DNA of 64,000 nt from Thermodesulfobacteriota bacterium (lineage in GTDB: Bacteria > Desulfobacterota > Desulfobacteria > Desulfobacterales > C00003060): contig JAXHVD010000002.1 in the NCBI GenBank assembly GCA_034189385.1, forward strand, positions 160,001 to 224,000, read 5' to 3'. Below the pieces are notes generated by a model. The model made no database searches, was not told the origin of the DNA, and was given only the letters and a program-made list of their open reading frames with translations. A program made the position numbers and the translations under genes. Of this stretch, positions 17,998 to 27,618 are shown piece after piece; positions within the stretch are counted from its first letter, which is position 1, and every line of letters starts with the position of its first letter.

Positions 17998-20290
17998 AGC
18001 CAAGGCCACGATTCAAGGCATTGTGCAGGGTGTGGGCTTTAGGCCATTCGTATACCAACTTGCCCAGGAAAGACAATTCAAAGGGTACGTAGCCAACACG
18101 GCTTTTGGCGTCGATCTTGAGGTCGAAGGGAATCTGGCGGCTATTGAAGATTTTCTTCGAGACATTGAGGCGAAGAAGCCACCTCTGGCAGAGATTACCC
18201 TGTTTGAAACTGTTTTCCTTCCTTTGAAATCCTACCAAGAGTTTACCATTGAAGAGAGTAGATCTGATACAGAGCGTTCGGTCTTGATATCACCTGATAC
18301 AAGCATTTGTGACGACTGCCTCAGTGAATTGCTCGATCCGTCAGATAGGCGCTACAGATATCCTTTTATCAACTGCACGAACTGTGGACCCAGGTATACC
18401 ATCATTAAAGACATTCCCTATGACAGGGATAAGACCACCATGAAAGTCTTTAAGATGTGCAAGGCCTGCAATAAAGAGTACCGTGATCCCTTGAACCGAA
18501 GATTCCATGCCCAACCCAATGCATGCTGGGATTGTGGCCCCAGGGTCCGTTTATACGATCACAAGAGAGACGTCATCCCTTGCGATGACCCTATTAAGGA
18601 GACCGTCAGACTGCTCAAAGAGGGTCATATACTGGCCATCAAAGGGTTAGGCGGATTTCACCTTGCAGTGGATGCGACCCGTGACGAGGCAGTAGCGCGC
18701 TTGCGGCGAAGGAAGCATAGGGAAGAGAAACCCTTTGCCGTCATGTCTAGAGACATGGAGTCCGTTAGAAGATATGCCCATGTGACCAGGGACGAAGAGG
18801 AACTCCTCACATCGTCAAGAAGGCCTATTGTATTGTTGAGGAAAAAAGAGGGCCACGAACTCTCTCAAGGGGTATCACCGAGAAACAAGAACGTTGGGGT
18901 GATGCTTCCCTATACGCCCCTTCACTATCTGATCTTTGAGGGGGATTTTCTGGCATTGGTGATGACAAGCGGCAACATGACCGAGGAGCCCATTGTCATC
19001 GACAATGACGATGCCTTTGACAGGCTTTCATCCATTGCAGACTATGTGCTCGTACACAACAGAGACATATGTTTGAGGAGTGACGACTCTGTTTTAAGGG
19101 TTGTCGACGGTGTGGCCAGACAGATGAGGAGGTCCCGCGGTTATGTGCCTGTCCCTGTATTTCTGAAATGGGAGGCAGAGCCTGTCTTGGCTTGTGGGGC
19201 AGATCTAAAAAACACCATATGCCTCACCAAGGGGAATTGTGCCTTTTTAAGCCAACACGTAGGCGACGTGGAAAACCTGGAGACCTTAGATTTCCTAAAA
19301 TTGACTGTAGGCCATCTCAAGCGGATTCTAGAGATTGATCCTAGGATCATTGCCTATGATCTCCATCCGGGGTACCACAGTACCCATTTTGCCCTGGAGC
19401 AAAAGGATATCCAGCTCATCGGGGTTCAACATCATCATGCCCACATTGCGAGCTGCATGGCGGAAAATGGCGTGGATGAAACGGTGATAGGACTGTCCCT
19501 AGACGGCACCGGCTATGGTCTGGATGGCAGGATTTGGGGCGGAGAGGTGTTGCTGTGTAATCTGCGTGACTTCGAGAGGGTGTGCCACTTTGATGATGTC
19601 CCCATGCCCGGAGGCACCGCTGCCATCAAGGAGCCGTGGCGCATGGCGATCAGTTATCTTTATCATGCCTATGACGGGCAATTCATGGATCTTGAACTGG
19701 ATTTCTTGAAGTCATTGGATGAAAAGGAGGTCAAGGTCATTCTGAAGATGATAGAACACGGGATTAACTCTCCCTTCACATCGAGCCTGGGCAGGCTTTT
19801 TGATGGCATTGCCGCACTGATTGGTCTGAGACAGAGGGTCAAGTATGAAGGACAGGCTGCTATGGAATTGGAGATGGCGATTGAGGAGAACAGAGATTCT
19901 CTCTACCCTTACGAAATCAGCGGCCAAGACCCGAGTATGATCTTCAGGCATGAACCGATCATCAAGGGGGTGGTAAGAGATCTCCAAAGAGGATTGTCTC
20001 AGGGTAGCATCAGCGCCAAGTTTCACTATACCTTATTAGAGATGTTAAGTGAGATATGTATCAGAATCAGAGAAAAGAGGAGTCTGAACGCCGTTGCCTT
20101 AAGCGGCGGGGTCTTTCAAAATGCCTTTCTCCTCGAGGGTCTGACCAAGAGGCTCCACGATAAAGGTTTTGAAGTCTATACCCATTCTAAGGTGCCCACG
20201 AACGACGGCGGAATCTCCTTGGGCCAGGCCGTGATTGCCGATGCCCTGTCTAAAGGGGAGCCCATCTCTTCTGAAAAACTGGGTTCATGA
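17966..20290 (+). CDS. hypF: Carbamoyltransferase
   Basis: VQGVGFRPF, CxxC zinc fingers, KGLGGFHL, QHHHAH, NDGGISLGQ. Confidence 0.97.
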   Translation: MHTLEESPRGRAKATIQGIVQGVGFRPFVYQLAQERQFKGYVANTAFGVDLEVEGNLAAIEDFLRDIEAKKPPLAEITLFETVFLPLKSYQEFTIEESRSDTERSVLISPDTSICDDCLSELLDPSDRRYRYPFINCTNCGPRYTIIKDIPYDRDKTTMKVFKMCKACNKEYRDPLNRRFHAQPNACWDCGPRVRLYDHKRDVIPCDDPIKETVRLLKEGHILAIKGLGGFHLAVDATRDEAVARLRRRKHREEKPFAVMSRDMESVRRYAHVTRDEEELLTSSRRPIVLLRKKEGHELSQGVSPRNKNVGVMLPYTPLHYLIFEGDFLALVMTSGNMTEEPIVIDNDDAFDRLSSIADYVLVHNRDICLRSDDSVLRVVDGVARQMRRSRGYVPVPVFLKWEAEPVLACGADLKNTICLTKGNCAFLSQHVGDVENLETLDFLKLTVGHLKRILEIDPRIIAYDLHPGYHSTHFALEQKDIQLIGVQHHHAHIASCMAENGVDETVIGLSLDGTGYGLDGRIWGGEVLLCNLRDFERVCHFDDVPMPGGTAAIKEPWRMAISYLYHAYDGQFMDLELDFLKSLDEKEVKVILKMIEHGINSPFTSSLGRLFDGIAALIGLRQRVKYEGQAAMELEMAIEENRDSLYPYEISGQDPSMIFRHEPIIKGVVRDLQRGLSQGSISAKFHYTLLEMLSEICIRIREKRSLNAVALSGGVFQNAFLLEGLTKRLHDKGFEVYTHSKVPTNDGGISLGQAVIADALSKGEPISSEKLGS

Positions 20291-20327
20291 AGAGGTCACT
20301 CTCCAGCCTTCTTCAAGAACCCAGGTC

Positions 20328-21608
20328 TTACTCACTCCTCTGCAGGGTCAGGCCATACTCCTTTTCTACACTGGCTGCCATCACCACGGCCTTGTCTATT
20401 TCATCATAGGCAAAGGTGTCGTTTTTCAATACCAGGTGGGGTGCTTTGTCGTCGAACTGCAAGCCAAACTTGTCGGCCTTTGAGTAAAGCTCGGTCCCTG
20501 GGAGGACATGGAGAATACTAAAGACGATCGTTGTGGGTTTGAGTTCCATCATGGCCTTGACGGACCTGCAAAACCTGAAGAAATTGTCCCCTGGAAGCCC
20601 GATAATGAGATCGGTCAATACCTCAATGCCGGCATCAAGTAAGAGTGTGATACCCCGGTTGAACTTTTCCTTTCGGTAGTAACGATTCACATTGTTTAGG
20701 GTGGTGGCGTTCACCGTTTGCGGGCCCGTTTCCACGCTCAAGACATTTGCCTCTTTCAATAGCTGAATCGTTTCTTCATCAATCAGCTCAGTCATGACCT
20801 CCACCGTGCGCAAGCCGGCACCAAAGCTATTGGCATGAGAAAACATCTGGGCCAACCTCCTGAGCCTATTCTTCTTCAGGTTAAACACCGAATCGACGAC
20901 GTGGAAACTGCGGATGTGAGGGTTGCTCATGATCAATTCGATTTCTTGCTTTACCCGTTCCTCAGGGAAAAACCTGAGCCTTGGAAAGTTCTTTCCTTCA
21001 AAGCAAAAGGCGCACTGATAAGGGCATCCGCGGAATGTCTCAAGATAGGTCACCTCATCTGTGGGTGTGAGAATTCCAGTCAAGTAAGGTGATGGGATAT
21101 CCCCCAGATCGTCTATAAGGGGCCTGTCTTCGGTGCTCACGACCCGGCCGTTTTTCCGATAGGTAATCCCCTTAATAGATGCCAGTGAATCGCCCCCGCC
21201 CACGTATGACCGCACCAACTCCTGAAAGGTAACCTCCCCTTCTCCGCGGACAATGACGTCCACTGCTGGATGCCCCATCATGTATTTCTCTGCTGCCGGT
21301 CCAACCTCAGGTCCACCGAAAATGATCTTCATTTCCGGATAGAGCTGCTTCAATAATCTGGAAAGATCCAGAATCTTATCCATATTCCAGCAATAACAGG
21401 AAAACCCCACGACATCGGGCTTTTCTTTGGAAAGATAGCAAAGGGCCTGTCGCACGTCGTGGATCTCTGCGTCAAAATCCACGATCTGAATGAGGGCGCC
21501 ACGGCGAATCAAGGGATCTTTTTCTGCGTACGCTTTCAGATATCCGGCCGCCAGAGAAAAATGATTGGACCAGTTGAATCCCATTAAGGTGACCTTAACC
21601 TTGTCCAT
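20328..21608 (-). CDS. B12-binding-domain radical SAM protein
   Basis: VGFSCYCWN, GGPEV, RGEGE, RGCPYQCAFC; start ATG 21608 (track 21629). Confidence 0.88.
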   Translation of the reverse strand: MDKVKVTLMGFNWSNHFSLAAGYLKAYAEKDPLIRRGALIQIVDFDAEIHDVRQALCYLSKEKPDVVGFSCYCWNMDKILDLSRLLKQLYPEMKIIFGGPEVGPAAEKYMMGHPAVDVIVRGEGEVTFQELVRSYVGGGDSLASIKGITYRKNGRVVSTEDRPLIDDLGDIPSPYLTGILTPTDEVTYLETFRGCPYQCAFCFEGKNFPRLRFFPEERVKQEIELIMSNPHIRSFHVVDSVFNLKKNRLRRLAQMFSHANSFGAGLRTVEVMTELIDEETIQLLKEANVLSVETGPQTVNATTLNNVNRYYRKEKFNRGITLLLDAGIEVLTDLIIGLPGDNFFRFCRSVKAMMELKPTTIVFSILHVLPGTELYSKADKFGLQFDDKAPHLVLKNDTFAYDEIDKAVVMAASVEKEYGLTLQRSE

Positions 21609-22488
21609 TGCCCCCTGTCCCACCCTCATTTAGCTCCATGAGGATCCTCATATCCTCTATATGCCTGCTCTTTGGAACGGGCATGAGGTGATCGTGTCCA
21701 AAGTGATCCAAATAGCCCCTGTCCATGCCCGGACAGACGTCGTCATAGACGCATCTCTTACAATCTTCGGATTTCTTGTACGCGCCGTAAGGCGTGCCAT
21801 ATATTTCTGACACGTGGTGTTCCATGCCTGTCATGGCGCAGAGAGGAATTCCTCTTGTCACGATCCATACCCTGTTCAAGATAGCCCCGCTGATGGCATT
21901 CTGAATGTAGGGCAGTGCCTTGGACATCTCCAGCCCACTATCGTCATAGGAGAGGATGATACGATCCACTTGATAGGGAATGAAGCTCAAGGCGATGGGG
22001 CCAACATCTTCATAATTGTGCCTTGATATGGGTATTCTCAAGCTGATGAAGGCGCTGAAAGGGGCTTGATCAAGGGTGGTGATGGTGCGCAGGTTGATGA
22101 CCCCCTGCACGGTTTCTTGCAGACTCCCACTCACCTGAGTCACATCATCGTGGATATCGGGCCGATAGTGATGGACCTTTATTTCAAAGAAGTAACATCC
22201 AGACTCTACGGTTTTGACGGCAGTATGGCCATCGGCAAAGGCCCTGGCGTTGGTCAGAAGCTTGATCCTTTTAAAACCCTGATCACGAGCAGTATCCAAG
22301 ATACTGAAAAAATCTCTCCTAAGAGTGGGCTCTCCCCCGCAGAGTTCTAAGCTGTCCACGCCGTCGTTTCGGGTCAACTGGGCCGCTATTTCCGAAAGCT
22401 CAGGATCATCGGGCCTGTTGCTCTTGCGACAGTAAAGGCAGCTATTGTTACACTGACTGCCCACATAGACCCTTTTGTATATCAGCAC
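21595..22488 (-). CDS. Radical SAM protein with C-terminal Cys cluster (HxsC-like architecture)
   Basis: CNNSCLYC, GGEPT, IPLC, CKRC-x5-CPG. Confidence 0.8.
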   Translation of the reverse strand: MLIYKRVYVGSQCNNSCLYCRKSNRPDDPELSEIAAQLTRNDGVDSLELCGGEPTLRRDFFSILDTARDQGFKRIKLLTNARAFADGHTAVKTVESGCYFFEIKVHHYRPDIHDDVTQVSGSLQETVQGVINLRTITTLDQAPFSAFISLRIPISRHNYEDVGPIALSFIPYQVDRIILSYDDSGLEMSKALPYIQNAISGAILNRVWIVTRGIPLCAMTGMEHHVSEIYGTPYGAYKKSEDCKRCVYDDVCPGMDRGYLDHFGHDHLMPVPKSRHIEDMRILMELNEGGTGGNGQG

Positions 22489-22535
22489 TTGAAACTCCCA
22501 TATGTGGAGAAATCAGCCCCTTTTCCTGGCCACAC

Positions 22536-22815
22536 CTAGTGTCATGAACCAGAAATAACTGTCATTAGTCACTGTGCCGCCGAAAGCCTTTTACGTGCGA
22601 CATTGAGTATTTTCGGAATCAGAGGTCAGCTGAGTGAAGCGTTAGGAATCATAAACTGTTTGATCCGCCGCGGCGGAGAGTTATAGCGCTGACGCTTCAC
22701 TTCGTGCATGATTCAGCGCAGCGAAGCTGACTTCCCGGAAATGCTCACGGAGCCCGGAAAATGGCTTTATGGCGGCAGTCTATTTCTTAAAGGGACTTCT
22801 GAGACACGACACTAG
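22536..22815. mobile_element. Non-autonomous element family B copy 1 (CTAG-bounded)
   Basis: Ends CTAGTGTCATG / CACGACACTAG; reverse complement of 23604-23906. Confidence 0.8.
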
Positions 22816-23153
22816 TGGTCCTCCGTTGGTTCTTCTTCTGCATCTAATATTTCTTTCTCATAAACCTCTAAGCCCTTCACAACGTCATGGAGGCTGCTAT
22901 CTTCAGGAAGTCTTTCCGACAAACTCTTGATCTTGCCCCTGATGCATGCTTCGCAGGCCACCAGAAGCTCTTCCTCAAGTGCAGGTGCAGGGAGCATAGA
23001 ACAGGCCGGGCAGATAGCAATACGATCAGGGCCCAGCCAGATCTCGTCTGGGTATCCTTTTGCCACGTGCTCACAGGCCAACCACATCACCTGCTCTCCA
23101 TGTCTTGGGCACTCGCCCATCTTCTTGTCGAAGTCTTCCGCCTTAAACGTCAT
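22812..23153 (-). CDS. Small Cys/His-rich hypothetical protein (possible metal binding)
   Basis: CPRH, CEH, CPAC, CEAC; AGGGAGG RBS. Confidence 0.7.
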   Translation of the reverse strand: MTFKAEDFDKKMGECPRHGEQVMWLACEHVAKGYPDEIWLGPDRIAICPACSMLPAPALEEELLVACEACIRGKIKSLSERLPEDSSLHDVVKGLEVYEKEILDAEEEPTEDH

Positions 23154-23230
23154 GCTTTCCCTCCCTTGTTAATAGCCTGCCCATTCAACGTTTGATGTTG
23201 GACGTTCGATGTTCAAGGTTCATCTTCATG

Positions 23231-23527
23231 TTACTTATCTTTCGCCTTACACGGGACTCGATACATCACCCAGGCGTCGCCCGTTTCTATGTCCCACGTT
23301 TCGTAACGCTCAATCGTTGCCCCCTCTAGGAGCGGCTCTGAGCCCTTTTCCTCCATTTCTGCTACGAGTTCGCCTATCTCTTTTTCAAAATCAACGTCCC
23401 CATCTTCGCTAAATAGGTGCTTGGGAATCTTGAAGGCCTTGCCGCGATAGACCGTCGGATCCCCTGTCTGTTGCTCTGTGACGCCCTTTTGAGTAGGATA
23501 GTAAGCGACTGTGACTTTGTGCCCCAT
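23231..23527 (-). CDS. Small acidic hypothetical protein
   Basis: 98 aa, AAGGAGG RBS, co-oriented with neighbours. Confidence 0.65.
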   Translation of the reverse strand: MGHKVTVAYYPTQKGVTEQQTGDPTVYRGKAFKIPKHLFSEDGDVDFEKEIGELVAEMEEKGSEPLLEGATIERYETWDIETGDAWVMYRVPCKAKDK

Positions 23528-23603
23528 GATGCCCTCCTTTTCTTCACGTTTTCACCGATACCACCAAAGAAGGGATGCTACGAAAGGTGGCTGGCGCCTT
23601 TAT

Positions 23604-23906
23604 CTAGTGTCGTGTCTTAGAAGTGCTTTTAAGAAGTAGAGTGCCGCCTTCAAGCCATTTTCCGGGCTCCGTGAGCATTTCCGGGACGTCAGCTTCGCTT
23701 CGCTGAATCATGCACGAAGTGGCTCTTTTCAAGCCATGAGGCGCAACCGTCAGCGCTATAACTCTCCGCCAGGGCGGATCAAACAGTTTATGATTCTTAG
23801 CGCTTCACTCAGCTGACCTCTGATTCCGAAAATGCTCAATGTCGCACGTAAAAGGCTTTCGGCTACACAGTGACTAATGACACTTATTTCTGGTTCATGC
23901 TACTAG
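23604..23906. mobile_element. Non-autonomous element family B copy 2 (opposite orientation to copy 1)
   Basis: Ends CTAGTGTCGTG / CATGCTACTAG. Confidence 0.8.
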
Positions 23907-23915
23907 GATCACGAT

Positions 23916-25001
23916 TTAGAACTGGCTGTACTTGTAATAGGCAGCACAGGTCCCCTCACTGGATACCATGCAGGGACCTACGGGATTTTCAGGCGTGCAA
24001 ACAGTTTGGAAGAGCTTGCATTCCTTGGGTGTCTTAACACCACGGAGGATGTCGCCGCATTTGCACCCGGGCGGCTCAGGGCAGTCCGGAACCTCCAGGT
24101 CGAACAGGGCATCTGCATCAAAGCTCCTATAGGCCTCTCGCAGGGCAAGTCCACTCTTCGGAATGACTCCAAGACCTCGCCACGGTGCGTCACAAGGCTC
24201 AAAGACCCGGAACAGGGTTTTCATGGCATTCACATTGCCCTCAGGTGCTACTGCCCGTCGGTATTGAATTTCCACTCGGGCTTCGCCCGCTTCTATTTGG
24301 CTTACCAGCATAGAGATTCCCTGCAAGATGTCCAGAGGTTCAAAGCCCACAACAACACAGGGGGTATGATAGTTGGCGGCCACCAGCTCATAGGAGGCCG
24401 TTCCAATAACCGTAGTCACATGCCCGGGGCAGATAAACCCGCTGACATCCAGCTCCCCTCCCGAAAGGAGGGCATCCATGGCCGGCGGAAGGAGTTTGTG
24501 AGACGAGAGGACCGAAAAGTTCTTGATCCCTTCCACTTCGGCCGCCACTACAGCAGCAGCAATGGTGGGAGCCGTTGTCTCAAATCCCACTCCGAGAAAT
24601 ACCACTTTTTTTTCGGGGTGTTGCCGGGCAATCTCCAGGGCATCCATCGTCGAATAGACCATGCGCACGTCAGCACCCAAACTCTTTTCATGTTGCAATG
24701 ACGACTTAGACCCAGGCACCCGGATCATGTCCCCGAAGGTCGTCACAATCACACCCGGTATCTGCGCGAGTTTGAGCGCTTTATCGATGTCGCGGGCAGC
24801 GGTGACGCACACCGGACAACCAGGGCCTGAGATCAGAGCCACGTGTTCAGGCAGGACCTCACGGATACCGTATTTGAAGATGGCCACCGTGTGCGTGCCG
24901 CAAACTTCCATGAACCGGGCCGGCTTTTGGGACGTGGCCTTAATACGGTCCGCCATCTTGAGGGCCACAGAGGCATCCCGGTATTCACTCAGGTATTTCA
25001 T
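23916..25001 (-). CDS. hypD: Hydrogenase maturation Fe-S protein
   Basis: MEVCGTH, GPGCPVC, GFETT, PGHV, GPCMVSSEGTCAAYY. Confidence 0.97.
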   Translation of the reverse strand: MKYLSEYRDASVALKMADRIKATSQKPARFMEVCGTHTVAIFKYGIREVLPEHVALISGPGCPVCVTAARDIDKALKLAQIPGVIVTTFGDMIRVPGSKSSLQHEKSLGADVRMVYSTMDALEIARQHPEKKVVFLGVGFETTAPTIAAAVVAAEVEGIKNFSVLSSHKLLPPAMDALLSGGELDVSGFICPGHVTTVIGTASYELVAANYHTPCVVVGFEPLDILQGISMLVSQIEAGEARVEIQYRRAVAPEGNVNAMKTLFRVFEPCDAPWRGLGVIPKSGLALREAYRSFDADALFDLEVPDCPEPPGCKCGDILRGVKTPKECKLFQTVCTPENPVGPCMVSSEGTCAAYYKYSQF

Positions 25002-25218
25002 CAATCACCCCCATCTCTTTCCAAAGCTCCAGGGTGATTCGAGCTTCCTCGGGATCAATCCTATGAAGAGCAAAACCAGCATGAATGATCACATAGTCTC
25101 CAACCTCGGGCCTTTCATCCACAATGTCCAGACGGGCATCTTTCGTGACACCAGCCAGTTCGGCGCGGATGGTGTCCCCCTCCACTTCAATCACTTTCAT
25201 CGGTGCTGCCACGCACAT
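24985..25218 (-). CDS. hypC: Hydrogenase maturation chaperone
   Basis: MCVAAP N-terminus, VGDYVIIHAGFA. Confidence 0.96.
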   Translation of the reverse strand: MCVAAPMKVIEVEGDTIRAELAGVTKDARLDIVDERPEVGDYVIIHAGFALHRIDPEEARITLELWKEMGVIDEIPE

Positions 25219-25279
25219 GAGATCATCCCTCCTACCTTATTTGCGAGAGTTTTGCATCACTCTTCCGGAACCTGTTATT

Positions 25280-25308
25280 ATTGTACGACGCACCAGAGCA
25301 AGTGTCAA
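25280..25308 (-). promoter_or_regulatory. sigma70 promoter for hypCD
   Basis: TTGACA-N17-TACAAT on minus strand. Confidence 0.75.
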
Positions 25309-25328
25309 ATGAGTTTATGCACCCAGAT

Positions 25329-25549
25329 CTAGCGTCGTGTTAAAAAGTAGAGTGCCCGCCTTCAAGCCATTTTCCGGGCTCCGTGAGCCTTTCCAGCACG
25401 TCAGCTTCGCTCCGCTGAATCATGCACGAAGTGGCTCTTTTCAAGTCGTCAGGCGCAACCGTTAGCGCTATAACTCGGGCCTACGGCCTCAAATCCCGAC
25501 GTGTCGGGACTGCACAGTGACTAATGACACTTCTGGTTCATGACACTAG
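25329..25549. mobile_element. Non-autonomous element family B copy 3 (internally deleted)
   Basis: Ends CTAGCGTCGTG / CATGACACTAG; body matches copy 2. Confidence 0.78.
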
Positions 25550-25597
25550 CGGCCGCTGACAATGGGTTAGGGGAAGCCGCCCCGAGGACTTGCCCCG

Positions 25598-25689
25598 CCC
25601 AGTAGTTATCCGGTGGTAAAATCAGGCCTTTTAGGGCGCAAAACCGGGACAACTCCCTATTGTATCATCGTTTAGTATTCGCTAATAAT
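25598..25689 (+). promoter_or_regulatory. Three-box operator + promoter, copy 4 (upstream of hydrogenase genes)
   Basis: Boxes at 25598/25621/25643, TTGTAT 25660. Confidence 0.6.
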
Positions 25690-26367
25690 CGGTCATGCTC
25701 TGAACCCTAGGTTGTATCGTGTGATCTTCGGTCATGATCCGAACGTATCTTGAGCTCTTTGAACCAACTCTGCCGACCCGTTTACAGGAGTTCTGGGGTG
25801 TCTTGTATGGCATCAGGCAATACCAGGGAGTACGTATTTCAAATTGAAAACATACCTAGAGAAGCAAAAAAGTTTTGGTAAGACAGGTTGCAACAGGAGT
25901 CATGTAGGATGAGGGAATGGGAAATTGTACAAAATAACGCACTGTTATCAATAGAAAAATCATGGCGGGCCCCGGGCTCGCGGCACGTCCCGGTGTGGGG
26001 TTGCTATTCTGTGTTCTTTGAGATTAGGATCAAATTTGATTGGAAATAGAATCGGTGCGAATCCATTTTGCTCACTCCGTGAGCATGTTAGCAGCGTCTG
26101 CTTAACTCTGGTAGGTCACGAAAAGTCCGGCCTCGTGGCCCTACAAAAGTCAGCGACTCGCAACGCTTCAGTCGAGCAGGCGTCTTAGTCTTAAAAGGGT
26201 AGCATGTTTTTCGCAATTGGCCGTGGCTTTTGTGCTGTTGCTATTTTCTTAATGAAAGGGGGTGAAACACCAAGAGATGGAAAGAGCCTTTCCTGTGTGC
26301 CCTTGTGCACAAAGGAAGGACCCTTGTAACCTTTAGACATAGTTTGACAAAGGGGGGAGACACAACA

Positions 26368-27603
26368 ATGAATATTACCAGAAGGCAATTTTTGCACTAC
26401 TGCACTGCCTCTGCCGCCGCCCTGGGCCTCAGCCAGATGGATCTCTTGAAGCTGGAAAAGGCCTTGGCGACACCGCAGACAGGCTGCGGCAGCCCGACAC
26501 CTTCGGTGATCTGGATGACTGGCCAGGCATGCTCCGGATGCCAGACATCGCTGCTGAACCGGGTGGTGGATACTGGTGGCACGGGCTACTATGATGCAGA
26601 TTTGTTGAATGCCCTTACCGGCGGCGCATTTCCTCAAGGGGTCCCCAGCGATCCTATTCCGGAATTGAACGTGGTAAACGACGTGGCGGATCTGCTGGTG
26701 GGCGATGCCGTTGGCACCCTGGTGCCGGCCATCACCCCAAGGGGCCTCACGTGGGCGCCATTTTCGAATGGTTACGTCACGCTGGAGTGGCTGACCACGG
26801 TGAACGCCGGCGCCGGCGACATTAATGTCCAGCACATCAAGAACATCGTCAATACCGGCGGTTTTTTTCTGTTGCTGGACGGCTCGATTCCTGTGTTAGA
26901 TGAGAATTTCTGTCTCGTCTTTGATAACGAGGTGAATGACGGTGTGGGAGGGACCAAGATCATTTCCAGCCTTCCGCTCGGGCCGATTACCCTGTCTGAT
27001 GCCCTCAGGTGGATGATACCACAGGCAGCTGCCTGCATCAGCGTGGGCACATGTTCTGCCTTTGGAGGCATCCCGTCCGGCAAGAAGAACAAGACGGGCG
27101 CCATAGGGCTTCAGCAATTCATGAGCGATAATTCGCTTTCCAAGCCGTTGATCAATGTGCCCGGCTGTCCGCCTCATCCGGACTGGATCGTCTATCCGGT
27201 GGCACAGATCCTGATTCACGGCCTGCCGTCCGTACTGGCTCCAGGTTGGCTGGACGCCTGGGGCAGGCCAGCAGCGACTTTCGGCAATCAGCCCTTCTGC
27301 TCAGCGGCAGGTTCTTCCTGTGCGAACCACCCGTCCATGGGTGCGGGCTTTGCCCAACACCTGGGTGACGACGGTTGCCAGGGGAACATGGGCTGTAAGG
27401 GGCCCATCACCTTTGGGGATTGCCCTTCCCGTCAGAAGAACGTGTTCGACGACGGCACAGTGAACAACTGGTGTTCTGCCGGCTCCCGAGGGCCCAATAT
27501 CGCCCAGGCCCGGCACGTTTGCCAGAGTTGTATTCAACCGGACTTTCCGGATCCACCAACATCCCCATTCTACGAGCCGGCATCCGGCGCTAGCCCGGTT
27601 TAA
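26368..27603 (+). CDS. [NiFe] hydrogenase small subunit, Tat-exported, group 1a (HysB)-like
   Basis: TRRQFL twin-Arg signal; CSGC, GTCSAFGGIP, PGCPPHP, GCKGP, NWC, CQSC..PDFP; no C-terminal TM anchor. Confidence 0.93.
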   Translation: MNITRRQFLHYCTASAAALGLSQMDLLKLEKALATPQTGCGSPTPSVIWMTGQACSGCQTSLLNRVVDTGGTGYYDADLLNALTGGAFPQGVPSDPIPELNVVNDVADLLVGDAVGTLVPAITPRGLTWAPFSNGYVTLEWLTTVNAGAGDINVQHIKNIVNTGGFFLLLDGSIPVLDENFCLVFDNEVNDGVGGTKIISSLPLGPITLSDALRWMIPQAAACISVGTCSAFGGIPSGKKNKTGAIGLQQFMSDNSLSKPLINVPGCPPHPDWIVYPVAQILIHGLPSVLAPGWLDAWGRPAATFGNQPFCSAAGSSCANHPSMGAGFAQHLGDDGCQGNMGCKGPITFGDCPSRQKNVFDDGTVNNWCSAGSRGPNIAQARHVCQSCIQPDFPDPPTSPFYEPASGASPV

Positions 27604-27618
27604 AGGAGGTGAAATAGC

